A DNA stretch of 64,000 bases from the human T2T-CHM13v2.0 reference genome, Homo sapiens: assembly GCF_009914755.1 (NCBI RefSeq), contig NC_060926.1; one strand, 5' to 3'. Of this stretch, positions 19,033 to 31,665 are shown one piece after another. How positions within the stretch are numbered: the stretch's first letter is position 1; each line of letters starts with the position of its first letter. A model generated the notes under the pieces. It ran no database searches. It saw only the letters and a program-made list of their open reading frames with translations, and was not told where the DNA came from. The position numbers and the translations under genes are program-made.

Positions 19033-19977
19033 TAGTTCTAGATCCCTGAGGAATCGCCACACTGACTTCCACAATGGTTGAACTAGTTTACAGTCCCACC
19101 AACAGTGTAAAAGTGTTCCTATTTCTCCACATCCTCTCCAGCACCTGTTGTTTCCTGACTTTTTAATGATTGCCATTCTAACTGGTGTGAGATGATATCT
19201 CATAGTGGTTTTGACTTGCATTTCTCTGATGGCCAGTGATGATGAGCATTTTTTCATGTGTTTTTTGGCTGCATAAATGTCTTCTTTTGAGAAGTGTCTG
19301 TTCATGTCCTTCGCCCACTTTTTGATGGGGTTGTTTGTATTTTTCTTGTAAATTTGTTTGAGTTCATTGTAGATTCTGGATATTAGCCCTTTGTCAGATG
19401 ATCTAGAACTAGAAATACCATTTGACCCAGCCATCCCATTACTGGGTATATACCCAAAGGACTAGAAATCATGCTGCTATAAAGACACATGCACACGTAT
19501 GTTTATTGCGGCATTATTCACAATAGCAAAGACTTGGAACCAACCCAAATGTCCAACAATGATAGACTGGATTAAGAAAATGTGGCACATATACACCATG
19601 GAATACTATGCAGCCATAAAAAATGATGAGTTCATGTCCTTTGTAGGGACATGGATGAAATTGGAAATCGTCATTCTCAGTAAACTATCGCAAGAACAAA
19701 AAACCAAACACCGCATATTCTCACTCATAGGTGGGAATTGAACAATGAGATCACATGGACACATGAAGGGGAATATCACACTCTGGGGACTGTGGTGGGG
19801 TGGGGGGAGCGGGGAGGGATAGCATTGGGAGATATACCTAAGGCTAGATGACGAGTTAGTGGGTGCAGCACACCAGCATGGCACATGTATACATATGTAA
19901 CTAACCTGCACAATATGCACATGTACCCTAAAACTTAAAGTATAATAAAAAAAAAATTAGAACATAAAAAAAAAAAA
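19033..19977 (+). mobile_element. L1PA2-type 5'-truncated L1 with 5' inversion (19033-19401 antisense, 19400-19977 sense)
   Basis: Near-consensus ORF2 end (...HRIFSLIGGN); gagatcacatggacac and gctagatgacGAGttagtggg diagnostics; 11-bp TSD agaaagatttc at 19022-19032 and 19978-19988. Confidence 0.93.
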
Positions 19978-22666
19978 AGAAAGATTTCAAGTCAACTATC
20001 TATGCACATGAAGAAACCGGAAAAGTAAAACAAACTAAAACCAAAAATAGCAGATGAAAATAATTGTAAGGATTAAAACTAAAATGAAGTAAAATGAGGA
20101 ATAGAAAATCAATGCAAAAAAACAACAAAATTAAGAGTTAAATTTTAAAGATCAACAAAATTGGTTAACCTTTAAAATCTACACTGAAAAAGGAAAAAGA
20201 ACAGAGAAAAAAGAACAGAAACACAAAAGAAAGAGGAAATGTCACACCCGATGTCATATAAATGAAAAGCATTATAAGCAACTTCTATGAGCAATTATAC
20301 ATCAAGAAATTGGAGAACAAAAAGAAATAGATAAGTTCCTAGGAACATACAACATACTAAGACTGAATTTTTAAGAAATAAGAAAATATGAGTAGACCTA
20401 TAACTAGTAAGCTTATTGAATCGCTAATCAAAAAATTACTAGCAAAGGAGAACCCAGTACCAGGTGGCTTTGCTGGAAAATTTTACCCGACTTTTAAAGA
20501 AGAATTAACATCTTAAATATATACACCTCACACCCATTAGGATGGCTACTATTAAAAATAATAATAATAACAAGTGTTGACAAGGATGTCAAGAAATTGA
20601 AGCCCTTGTTTACCATTGGTGTGCATGTAAAATGGTACACAGGTATGGAAAACATTATGGAGGTTCCTTAAAAAAGTAAAAATAGAATTACTATATGATA
20701 AAACAATCCCATTTCTGGGTATATATACAATAGAATTGAAAACAGTATCTTTAAGAAATGTTGGCGTACTAATGTTCGTTGTAGCATTATCCACAATAGC
20801 AAAGATGTGGAACCTGAATGTCTGTGACAGATGGGTAAAGAAATGTGGTGAACCCATACAGTGGAATATTATTCAGCCTTAAATAAAGAAAAAAATCCTG
20901 TTATAGACCACAATGTGAATGAACATTAAGGACATAATGTTAAGTAAAATAAAGCAGTCAGAAAAAATGTTAAGTAAAATAAGCCTGTCATCATACTGCA
21001 TGATTCCAATTATATGAGGTATTTGAAGTAGTCAAACTCAGATTAGAATGGTGGTTGGCAGGGGATGGGGAAAATAGAGAGTTGCTTTTCAATGGGTATG
21101 GAATTTCAATTTTGCAAGATGAAAAAGTTCTAGAGATCTGTTGCACATCAAGGTGTATGTAACTTAACAGTACTGCATTGTATACTTACAAATATTTTAA
21201 ATGACAAACTTAATGTATTTTTTTAAAATGAAAATAAAAATAGCACAGGTCGAGAAACATTATTGCTAGCTTGTTCCAAGAAATATTTGCTGAGCCCCCA
21301 AACACAAACTCGTAATGATTTGTAAGAGAAAGCTCCAGAAACTAACCCTAAGATCACACACCTGACCATAAGGCCAAGCAGCAGGCAGCATGCCAAAGAG
21401 CCATCTACAGAGCTTCTGCTGCACTTTGTTATCTTTTTAAGAAATGCCTGTTTTTTAAAAACACAATTTTACATGCTTTTAATTAGCCACATTACTTGTT
21501 TTTTCATTTCATAGAAATGAGAAACAGCTGAAAACATACTGATGCATGTTAATTATAACAATAAATATTAATAACTGAGAGCAGCTAAGTGCCATAGCAC
21601 AAAACAGGAGAGAGGAAAAGAAGAAATGTAAAGAAGAGTATCTCTTAAGAAAAAAAAAAAATCTGTAAGGACCAATACTCCATCACATACCAACTGAATT
21701 TTTGTGCTACATAAAAATTTTTGTAAGCATGTAAAATGACTTTTTCAAATTATATTTTGCTGCCATTAAAACTTCTTAATCATATGTTAAAATTTTTTGG
21801 AGATTTCTAAAAAGTATTAACATAGAAAACATTATTTGGCAAGATGTAGTTATTTAAAAAATAGCTACAGTATATTAAAGCAGAAAAATGTCAAATGATG
21901 CAACTCTGTTGGAAAGGCATGAAGAACTCTCAGGTGAATTAGAAAAGTCCTCATATTATATAAGCAAGTACTAAGGATCAAAAGGATAACTACTTGCTAT
22001 GAAGTGGGAAAAACTAGACTAAAAGCCAGTAATCTTAAAATACATCACTATGCAAAATATATTTTTAGGCACATTGAACTCTTCGGGGGCTTAATATAAA
22101 CATTTGACTTAAAGTGTGTTTTTTTTCCTCATAGGATCCCTGAATCAAATATGTATTAAGCCCATCATAACAGAGCTATTTGAAACTTAGGCCTCCTGAA
22201 ACTACAGAGGAGAGGGATCAATTTGCTGCAACATTTTTGTACAAATCATTGGACATTTTAAACACTGGAATTGCAATCCATTTTTACCATGATTATCTCC
22301 TTCAGAAAAGATTTTTCACCATTTGCTGCTGAGAAAAACGAAGGCCACAAAAAATGTCATAGTAGGTGATAATGTCTTTGATATCATTTTTTGGCCTCAA
22401 GGAAAGTCATTTCATCTTCCTAGCTATTGGGCAGGGAATCTATTCAGCCAAGTATATAAGCCACCTAGAAAGTGCAACTATTAACTATTGTCGAATCAGT
22501 AAAGATTCATTTGTCATCCCTGAGAAAGTTTTGCCTTTCTCAGGAAGAAGCAAAGAAACATTACTTAGGATGCTTTTGGCAGCAAATAAAAGAATTCAAC
22601 ACTCAACGGTCTGTAATTGAAATAATGACTTAATGTGTCTCATTTCAACAATTTCAGAGTTAGAAC

Positions 22667-23274
22667 AGTGGCTCCTACATTCAAGTTCGAAATCAGTATA
22701 ACTGATGAGTGCCTATTTATATGAGAAGTGTCAGGCTACAGACTTCCTGGAACTATACTGGAAGTCAGCTACTGTCTAAATTCAGCACACAGAACATTTC
22801 CCAAAAGTTATTGCATGGCATAGAATAGGTCCTTTCATGTGTGTATGTGTGTGTGTGTGTGTTTGTGGTAAGTTCATCAATAAATGGGCCATTGACATTG
22901 GGTTCAATCTAACTCTCCCACCTTTTATGTTATTATCTTGTTGAATTACTCAACTTGAATACTAAAAACAGGATTAATGATATCTATTCAGTGTTGCTTT
23001 TGGGACAATTGCCTTTGAGCTAAGTACTGTGTAGTCATGAGTTGACTTTTTCTTCTAACTCTCCAAAATCAGTAGTGATTGTTTATCACTGTCATATAGA
23101 TGAGGAGACTAAACCTCAGAGAGATTAAGTCACTCATGCAAAATCACTGCTTTGATTTGAATCTTTGCTTAGTGAGAGGAAAAATGCTTTGTCTGTAGGC
23201 AAAGTTAAATATTGAAGATTATTTAGATACATACAGTTAGAGATTCATAGTTTTCAAAGCCAAAAATTGTTTTG
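22667..23274 (+). repeat. Dispersed direct duplication, copy 1 (608 bp)
   Basis: Aligns end to end with 25462-26052: 10 substitutions, two small indels and a TG-tract length difference. Confidence 0.97.
23060..23170 (-). mobile_element. MIR core fragment (also duplicated at ~25840-25950)
   Basis: atagatgaggagactaaacctcagagagattaagtcactcatgcaaaatcac. Confidence 0.7.
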
Positions 23275-23498
23275 ATAATCTTAATTTCACTTGCTATTAT
23301 CACACTTTAATCATCTTTAGATTAAGCTGAAACTGAATGTATAGATCAAATTAAAGGCAAGTGACATCTTTACGGAATTGAATCTTGCAATTTGTAATTT
23401 TCAAATGTGTTGTTTATTTTGTTAGAATTTCCCTAGATATATGATTTTTTAATAGTATTGTTAACATTGCACTTTTAAATGCATTTCTAATTGTTTAG

Positions 23499-23500
<2 letters not shown>

Positions 23501-23532
<32 letters not shown>
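23501..23532 (+). repeat. (GT)16 microsatellite
   Basis: Pure dinucleotide run. Confidence 0.98.
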
Positions 23533-23534
<2 letters not shown>

Positions 23535-23689
23535 CACACAATATACACTTAGAATTATCCACATTTTAGCCCACAACTTCAACATAGAATTCCTTCAATT
23601 TTATCTACAGTTTTTCCAACCACAGTATTTATTTGAAGAAGTACCAACTTTTTTTCATTTAGGTAGAAATTAGGCCAAAATTCTTTGAA

Positions 23690-24207
23690 AATTCTGAACC
23701 CTTTTCTTTCTCTCATACCTCATATTTAATTCATCAACAAATTCTAGCAACTCTACATTCAAAGGGTATTCTGAGTGCAAATCTTTCTAGTTACCTTCTG
23801 TATACTCAATTTATTTAAGCCATCATCATTTCTCATCTGAATTATTACAATAAACTCCCACAAATCTCCCTGAATATACTCTTGTTTCCCCATATCCTGG
23901 TTTCCTCATTGCTGGAGAGCAACACATTTAAAACATTAACTTGGGCATAATATGCCTGCATCTCAAATATTCCTCTGATTTTCATCTTACTTGCAGGAAT
24001 ATATACAATGTTTACAACAGTTTACCTAACCTTAAAAGACCGGGCCGCCTGCTGCACTCTGACGTCCTCTTATGCACACACACATTCTAAGTACTGTTCT
24101 GTCTTTCTCTTCCTCTCTCTCTTTCTGAGTTGCTTTTCCTCCAGATTGACCTATATTTTGCCATTATTCTTTCAGATCTCTTCGAAAACATCGCCTTTTT
24201 AGAGAGG
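23690..24207 (+). mobile_element. L2 fragment
   Basis: ttctttctctcatacctcatatttaattcatcaacaaattc...aagccatcatcatttctcatctgaattattacaataaactcc. Confidence 0.7.
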
Positions 24208-24214
24208 TATTGAT

Positions 24215-25080
24215 CCTCGACTAGCCTTAGTGACTCAGTTGTAACTGGTAGAATGAAGTAAATGTTACCTGTGTAACTTGTGAGTACAGGTCAGATTAGA
24301 CCATGTCATTTCTTCATGATTTCTTTGGTTACATGGGATGCTCTGAAGGAAGCTAGCTGCTATTTAAGAAGTGTGAGTAAGTCTGAGTACCTGAAATCAC
24401 TGTCCTGGAGAGTCATGTGCAGGTCTCCGGCAGAGAACCACAGATGAGCTCTCAGCTGGTGATCAGCATCAACTGCTAGGTAGTGAGGGATGTTAAAGGC
24501 TCCAAAGTAAGAACTGCCCAGCCAAGCTCTTTGGAATTCCTGACCTGCCAAAACACAAGCAAATAAAATTATTGCTGTTTTAAGGCTTTGACATGTGACT
24601 ATAAAGACCCTTTATATAACTTCGGAGTTTTAAGATGGTGACTCATGGGGCCCTTTCTTAGAGACAAAATGCTTTTCTAATGATCATGTGTATGTGGCTC
24701 CCAGACAATCCCTTTTAAACAATAGAGAGTCTAAGAATCTAAAGGGATCACAACAGAGAAAGGAATCTCTCAGAGATTTGTCACTGTGGCTTTATGTCTA
24801 AAAGGAGTAAATTTTAATAAAATTTATAAAAATTTTCACAAAGTTTGTAAGCAAATTGTACTAGTGAAAACCTCAACAGTATTAGTTGAAAGAAATAGAG
24901 ACAATAAAGTGTACAAAGGGTCCTTAGACCTTAGTCTCTACACAGGAAGGTGTCCAGGAAGGCTATCCACTACCAACACATGTCCTATCTTATGGGAAAG
25001 GAAGGATGACCTAGAGAACAGAACCAAGGCTAAAGGGCATAACCAAGAACCATGGAGAACAACCCCAGGGGGAATATATT
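24215..25080 (+). mobile_element. MLT1 (F/G/H-like) LTR fragment followed by MaLR internal sequence
   Basis: cagcatcaactgc, actgcccagccaagc...ttcctgacc, aataaaattattgctgttttaag; internal-type gaaaggaaggatgacc...ccaagaaccatggagaac. Confidence 0.65.
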
Positions 25081-25461
25081 ATTGCATTAAAAGAAATTTG
25101 CCAAAAGGCAAAGTGAGATCCCCATCAGTATGCTGCAGACTTCCTGCTTACAGCAAAATGCTGTATTTGGTACATGTATTTGCTAAGGACAAATGTGAGA
25201 CGCCTGTGTTGGCACAGACATGCATGTTAGATGCATGTGTGTGTTAGTCTTTTACCATTCTGTTTTCTAGGAGTTGATCGCTATTTATCACACTGTCAGA
25301 ATTGTGTTATAATCAAACCTTCTCAGGATGGTTTCCTAGAATTTTATTTGATCCTTCCTTTTTATTGAAATGCAAGACATTTGATTTTTATCCTCATTCA
25401 GAGAGTACAGAAATAGTCTCATGCCAAAATATTTCCCAAATATATATTTAATCAATCTTTT

Positions 25462-26052
25462 AGTGGCTCCTATGTTCAAGTTTGAAATCGGTATAACTGA
25501 TGAGTGCCTATTTATATGAGAAGTGTCAGGCTACAGACTTCCTGGAACGATACTGGAAGTCAGCTACTGTCTAAATTCAGCACACAGAACATTTCCCAAA
25601 AGTTATTGCATGGCATAGAATAGGTCCTTTCATGTGTGAGTGTGTGGTAAGTTCATCAATAAATGGGCCATTGACATTGGGTTCAATCTAACTCTCCCAC
25701 CTCTTATGTTATTATCTTGTGGAATTACTCAACTTGAATACTAAAAACAGGATTAATGATATCTATTCAGTGTTGCTTTTGGGACAATTGCCTTTGAGCT
25801 AAGTACTGTGTAGTCATGAGCTGACTTTTTCTTCTAACTCTCCAAAATCAGTAGTGATTATTTATCACTGTCATATAGATGAGGAGACTAAACCTCAGAG
25901 AGATTGTCACTCATGCAAAAATCACTGCTATGATTTGAATCTTTGCTTAGTGAGAGGAAAAATGCTTTGTCTGTAGGCAAAGTTAAATATTGAAGATTAT
26001 TTAGATACATACAGTTAGAGATTCATAGTTTTCAAAGCCAAAAATTGTTTTG
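25462..26052 (+). repeat. Dispersed direct duplication, copy 2 (591 bp)
   Basis: agtggctccta...aaaattgttttg, about 98% identical to 22667-23274. Confidence 0.97.
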
Positions 26053-26114
26053 GAGTATCTTCTAAATTTGTATATTTCTACAATACAGCATGTTGAATTG
26101 GGAAATAAATTCAT

Positions 26115-27210
26115 AGCTTCCAGGTACCCTGTATTCTCTGGATTTTCTCCTGTCTCATTGTCACTCCTTTTAATTTCCTTTGCTAGTTCTTTTTGAATAA
26201 TAAATTTTTGGAGTGCTCTAGTACATAGTTTTGGGAACTCATATCTCTTTTTATTCCACACTCAATAAGTCAAATTCGTGGTGATCTCATCCAGCATCAT
26301 GTCATTAAATACCACCTCTACATGATAAATCCTCTATTTATGTCTCCAACCTGGATTCCTTCCTGAAACTCCAGACTTTATTTTCAACTGCCCAATGAAC
26401 ATGAGTGTAAGTAACTTTGACTGCAGAGCAAGGCTAAGATTTGTTTGGCAAGGTCATTGGAGAGTCCTCAAGTCAAAGTCCAGTCACTCATCAGAAAATT
26501 GCTTCAACTTCCAGAAATGAGCCTGCCTTTGTATCCCTACCATGTTCAGTCATGGGCTAGGCAGTTTTTGGGACACATGACCTCAGCTGAGACTCACTGA
26601 TGGATTTGAGAATACTCCTGGCTGTCAAGAGATCTCAGAGGTACACTCTTATGGTGGACACACACTGTGATCTATCACTTCGGTCCAGGTCACTGTCCTT
26701 TCTCAATAGGATTTCTGGAATAAAACGTACTGTTCTTATCTATCTGCTTTTTCTTCACTTTAGCCTTTTCTCAACACAACTTCCACTGTATTCCTTTCAA
26801 GATATAAGTCATATCTTGTCACTGTCAACTCAAACCTTCTAATGGTCTCCCATTTTTGACCAGACCACAAAGCCATCATAACGGACTGCGGGTCTCTACA
26901 TGAATTGGCAGGTGCTTCCTCTCTGACCTCTCACTCACTACAGCCCTAGCCTCCCTGCTATTTTTCAAACATGTCAGGTATGCTCTAGTCTTCAAGCCTC
27001 TGCACTCACTGCAGTCTCTGCTCAGAGTTTGTCCCCACCCCTGCTCTTAAATTTACAATCTCCTGCCAATTGTATTTATTTATTTATATTTCAAATTTTG
27101 CCTAAAGGAATGGAGCCATATTGGGCCAGGGTTCTTATCCATTAATTGCTGCATTTTTAGAGCAAGATACAGAATAAGTGCTCAGAATATATTTTTTGCA
27201 TTTATAAACA
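26115..27210 (+). mobile_element. L2 3' region interrupted (~26405-26680) by an ERVL-type LTR fragment (LTR16/LTR40-like)
   Basis: gcttccaggtaccctgtattctctggattttctcc; gtgatctcatccagcatcatg; insert with gagcctgcctttgtatccctaccatgttcagtcatgggct. Confidence 0.65.
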
Positions 27211-27712
27211 GTGACAAATCCAAGGACTTCTGTGGCAGTCAGATGGGGATTGAAATTTCAGTTTACACAACAACTAACATTTTCCTCTGAAGAAATGAAT
27301 TACCACTGTACCTCAGCTTCCTCAGCCGTAAAATAATAGATCAATTCAGTACAGAAATCACCACATATATGTTGCAGGTATCAAATAATTACACTTTTTT
27401 TATAATCTTTTAGTAGTTCCAAAAATCCCACTTGTTACAGTTCTCATCCAACTAGATTGGAAACTATCATTCTTCTACTCCAGACTCAATCCTTGCAGGT
27501 GATGACTAGATTGCAACACAGATCTGAACATTCACACTCAGAGGTACTTTGTTTATAGCTTTCTTGAGGGATTACAAATCACTTTTCCTCATTGCCCAAA
27601 AATATTCAAAAGGGTATAAATTAATGAATAAAGGATTTTTATTAATATGGGTTTGAAAACTGGCTTTGCCTCAGTGGGTATATAAACAGAAAAAGTATTT
27701 TGCACCTCTCAG

Positions 27713-27835
27713 GTTCCCTTCCCTCCCTCCCTCCCTCCCTCCCTTCCTTCCTCCCTCCCTTCCTTCCCTCCTTCCTTTCCTTCTTTCCTTCTTTCTCTTT
27801 CTTTCCTTTCTTTCCTTATTTATTTTTCTTCATTA
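27713..27835 (+). repeat. CT-rich (CCCT/CCTT/CTTT) tract derived from the Alu tail
   Basis: Polypyrimidine tetranucleotide array. Confidence 0.9.
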
Positions 27836-28147
27836 TTTTATTTTATTTTTAGATGGAGTCTCACTCTGTTGCCCAGGCTGGAGTGCAGTGGCATGATTGT
27901 GGCTCACTGCAGCCTCCACCTCCTGTGCTCCCAGCTCAGCCTCCTGAGTAGCTGGGACTACAGGTACACATGGCTAATTTTTGTATTTTCTTTTTTTCTT
28001 TTTTTTTTTCTTTTTTTTTTTTTTTTTTGCAGAGACAGAATTTCATTATGTTGCCCAGGCTGGTCTCAAACTCCTTGGCTGAAACTATCTGCCCACTTTG
28101 GCCTCCTAAAATGCTGGGATTACATGTGTGAACCACCACCCCTGTCC
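27836..28147 (-). mobile_element. AluJ-type element with internal deletions and an expanded T-rich linker
   Basis: agatggagtctcactctgttgcccaggctggagtgcagtggc...gggattaca. Confidence 0.9.
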
Positions 28148-30604
28148 TCAGGCTAAATTCATTCATTCATAAAATAATGATAATGATACTTCTATCTCTA
28201 AGGGGTTCTGGTATAAGATTCATAAGAAGTCTAAGTTAGGTTTATATCAAGTAGCCAGTACCCCTAAAGATGTCACTTTACCTGAAGGTGGCAGAAAGTC
28301 AGTTATTCTTGATAAAGGAGTGAAGGTATGAGATCATTTCCATATACTTGAAGGATGCAGGTTCTTATTCAGCACAGTATTGGTCTCCAGCATATCATTG
28401 CTCTTAAAATTGCTAATGAAATGAAATGTTTGTATTCCAAAGTCAGTGTATCATAATACTGTGCTGACTGAAGAATAAGATAAAGTCATCAACAAATAAG
28501 GTCATCTGAGCATAGAACACATTTATTCCCCAATTTCCCTCCATGAGACACACTTCTCCTGACCTGTGATGTCCTATGTCAATATGATGTATTGGATGAA
28601 TTATTTTCTATGTAATGCTAGGGAAAAAACATGTCTTTTCTTTATTGACCTTGATATATCTCATTTCTAGAATGATGAGCGCCAGAGTTGCAAAAGATCT
28701 GATCATGACCTAGCTCTGTCTTACTACAGGGGATTTTTTTTAGTTGCATCATCTCATAATTTGCCCCCTAGAGTCTACTCTAGCTGAGCTTTGAGTTCTG
28801 TGCTGAGCTTTGACTTCTGCAGAGTGCAGACTTATCTCTGCTCCTTATAGTAATTTGCAGCCAAGGACAGAGATCTGTAAATAATCCGTTTATGAAAACA
28901 GACCAATGTGTAATTTGGTTGAAAATGTGCCCAAGTGTATTTTTAAAAATATGCTGCTTTATAACAAAGTATAAAGTATAATTGGTTATATTTTGCCATA
29001 ATAATTTCTTGCATAATTATCAATTACATTATTCACATACTGAATTGTCAGTCTTTCATTCTAGTGAAATAAGCATTGCATAAGCAAACGCTGAGATTAT
29101 AGAATAGCTATTTATTTAGAGAAGTGAAAACATCAAGCTCCTTATAAATATTTTTTCCATAAAGTATGTTAGTGAATTCAACAAAAGCAATTATAATAAA
29201 AAATGCCCTCTTTTGGTAGGATGGTTGTAGAATTTATCACCCAAACTTAAATATATTTGAAAATTAAAAGGTGATATAGTTAACAACTACCCCAAGACAT
29301 CAGCAAAAACCGAATTAGAGAAGATCAGCTTGTTTATCATTCAGTTTAAACTCTTTCATTGTGATACATTGTTTCTATGCAAACAGGTTTTAGACCCATC
29401 CTTTCTGAAACATACAAAGTATGGGATTAAATGAGTGTCTATGGAGTAGACACTGCTTGGCTGGACATTACAGTCCTTTGGGGAACACGGAGTGTAGCCC
29501 TGAGAGGAAGTACACAGGTATAGAAAAGATTACTTTTGAGAGGGGTACTTAATTTTAACATGGAGACAGACTAGATCATCTGTAGGCACTTCCAGAGCAA
29601 TACATTTGAAAAGATGAATAAACAACAAAACATTCTCTTCACTGCATGACTAAGTTTTCAAGAAAGGAAAATAAATCCCCCGGCCTAAAAATATTAACTG
29701 AATGCAAGGAGGTGAGTGGATGCTAGCTTGGCTGCCCTGAGGATGAATTTTCATCTTTGGACCTAAAATACTTGCATTTTCAAAGGTATGAGGAATGAGG
29801 ATATAAGAATGACCGCAGGTTCCCTTGAAGTAGGAGTGTAACTGACCCCCTTACCAGTTCACCTCTAAGGTGATTGTCCTCCACTGGGTGTAGTAATGGC
29901 ACACTAGTAGGTGTTTGTACTTTAATGTGGATGTTTTCTGGTTGTGACAAGGAATGGGGGGACACCATAGTAATTTAGAAAATTGATTATTTTTTAAAAT
30001 GTAAAAATAATAGATTATGGTACAATATAAAAAATATTTGTTTAAAGAAACTAAATATTTCTTAAATTCTACTTGAAAATTCAATTGCATATCAATGATG
30101 GGGAACAATTAGAAAAGAAATCTCCCCATATTTCATATAAACATTTTTCACAATACTAGTATTATCATCTTTAACGAAAAAATAAAAGTATGAAGTATTG
30201 AGTCATGAAAAATTATTAAACTTTGGCAGAAGCAAACAATTTTGAAAACATGATAAGGTATGACTTTCTTTTTACAACATCAAGATCTTATTATGAATAC
30301 AATTTCTTAAATCATATAGTAAAAAATAAAAATATTCTGAATTCTGCTAACCCTCAGAAATTGTGAGTCAAAGGACTATAGAAATTAGCATATATTATCT
30401 TCAGCCTCTTTGATATAATTTGTAAAGATGAAACATCTGTGGGAATAAATAGCTCATCTGAAAGCACAGAATGAGATCTTTAATAATATTCTGTACTCAC
30501 TGAAGTGCATTGTTTTCTGCTTCTCCTTTTGGTTAACTTCATAATCCTCTCTGTGAATTATGTGGTAAATTTAATCACTAGAGAAGGATAGGTGGAATTA
30601 AAAT

Positions 30605-30820
30605 TGGCATAGCGTTTGTGGTTACACAGACCTTGAATGAAACTTCAGCTTCTCAATATCTGTCTGACTGAGGGCAAGTACTTAACCTGTCAGAGACCAC
30701 ATATCTATTACTCATGTTTTAAAGAAAGATAAGGGTTCCTATCTTACAGGATGGATGTAAGAATTAATAATAAATGCAAAGCCTCTAGGATAAAATAAGT
30801 TTTCAAAAAGGGTAGCTCTT
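30605..30820 (+). mobile_element. MIR
   Basis: agggcaagtacttaacctg...cctatcttacaggatggatgtaagaattaa. Confidence 0.6.
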
Positions 30821-31524
30821 ATTACAACTGTACATCAGAATCACCTGTGGTATATTTTACGATTCAAACATACAATGTCTAAGGATGTGGCACATGACCA
30901 AAACTATAGGTATTTACAGATAGCAACAGAGATATTCCCATTTGTACTACATTAGGAAGAGCTGTGCGATGCTTTTGGCTTTTCCCATATCCTTCCCAAG
31001 CCTCACACTTTGTAAAAGCTTCTTCATGTTGTTTTCAAAAGTACCTCAGATTAAGATATGGTTTATTTCATGACTACATTGTTGAGAACTTTCATATGCT
31101 AGATTTCAGAAAATATTCAAAATAATTCTAATAGATTTTCAACCTTGTGTTACAGGTGATTAGATTAGCTTTAGTGAGATAAAATGATGACTTTTCTAAG
31201 GTGACAAGTAGTAAGTGCAGTGGCAAAATTTAAAGCCAGGGCTCTATGATTCACAGTCTAACTTTCTTTCAATACCCAGTTCAAATGTCTCCAGCTTTTA
31301 CATTCTTTGAAAAGGCAGACTTTTTGTTCCTACTTTCAGCTGTTCTGGCATATTTTACATATCTTCATTATCACACTTTTCATTTTAATCTGTACTTTCC
31401 TATTGGCATGTTTCTCTAATTTACCAAATGTTGAGTGCCACAGGGAAGGAACTGTGTTATTTATTGATCTGTAACCACATACTGTATATGCTCACTTCCA
31501 ACTTCCAACTATATATTCATTTTA

Positions 31525-31665
31525 TTAGGTTGGTGCAAAAGTAATTGTGGTTTTGCCATTGAGAGTAATGGCATTACTTTCAATGTTTAGCAATGTTTCT
31601 GTTGCTATCTGTAAATGCCATTACTTCCAATGGCAAAAACTGCAATTACTTTGGTACCAACCTAA
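31525..31665. mobile_element. MADE1 (Hsmar1-derived MITE), compound 141-bp form
   Basis: TIRs ttaggttggtgcaaaagtaattg / caattactttggtaccaacctaa, flanked by TA on both sides. Confidence 0.95.

Larger units (their letters stand above)
18177..21240 (+). mobile_element. Old L1 (L1MA9/L1MB-like) with large internal deletions: 5' UTR, ORF2 pieces and 3' UTR
   Basis: caagatggtggaataag 5' motif; ORF2 pieces at 18870-19021 and 19989-20515; 3' part from cacctcacacccattaggatggctact to A-rich end. Confidence 0.75.

Noticed and set aside
19012-19434. 140-aa ORF with an unusual N-terminus
   Set aside because: Chimeric reading across the L1 inversion junction
20936-20990. 30-bp-period tandem duplication in an L1 3' UTR
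   Set aside because: Ordinary slippage duplication
22135-22361. Candidate exon (acceptor ttttttcctcatag, donor gtaggt); similar splice-like pairs at 8662-8741 and 29586-29711
   Set aside because: The 22135 candidate has stops in all three frames, and such motifs are common by chance; a lncRNA exon cannot be supported without transcript data
22702-22770. TGATGA motif and gacttcc/ggaagtc stem in the duplicated unit as a possible C/D snoRNA
   Set aside because: Imperfect C box, no correctly placed D box and no terminal stem
24786-25247. 153-aa ORF
   Set aside because: Starts at GTG, lies largely in MaLR internal-like sequence and has no recognisable domain
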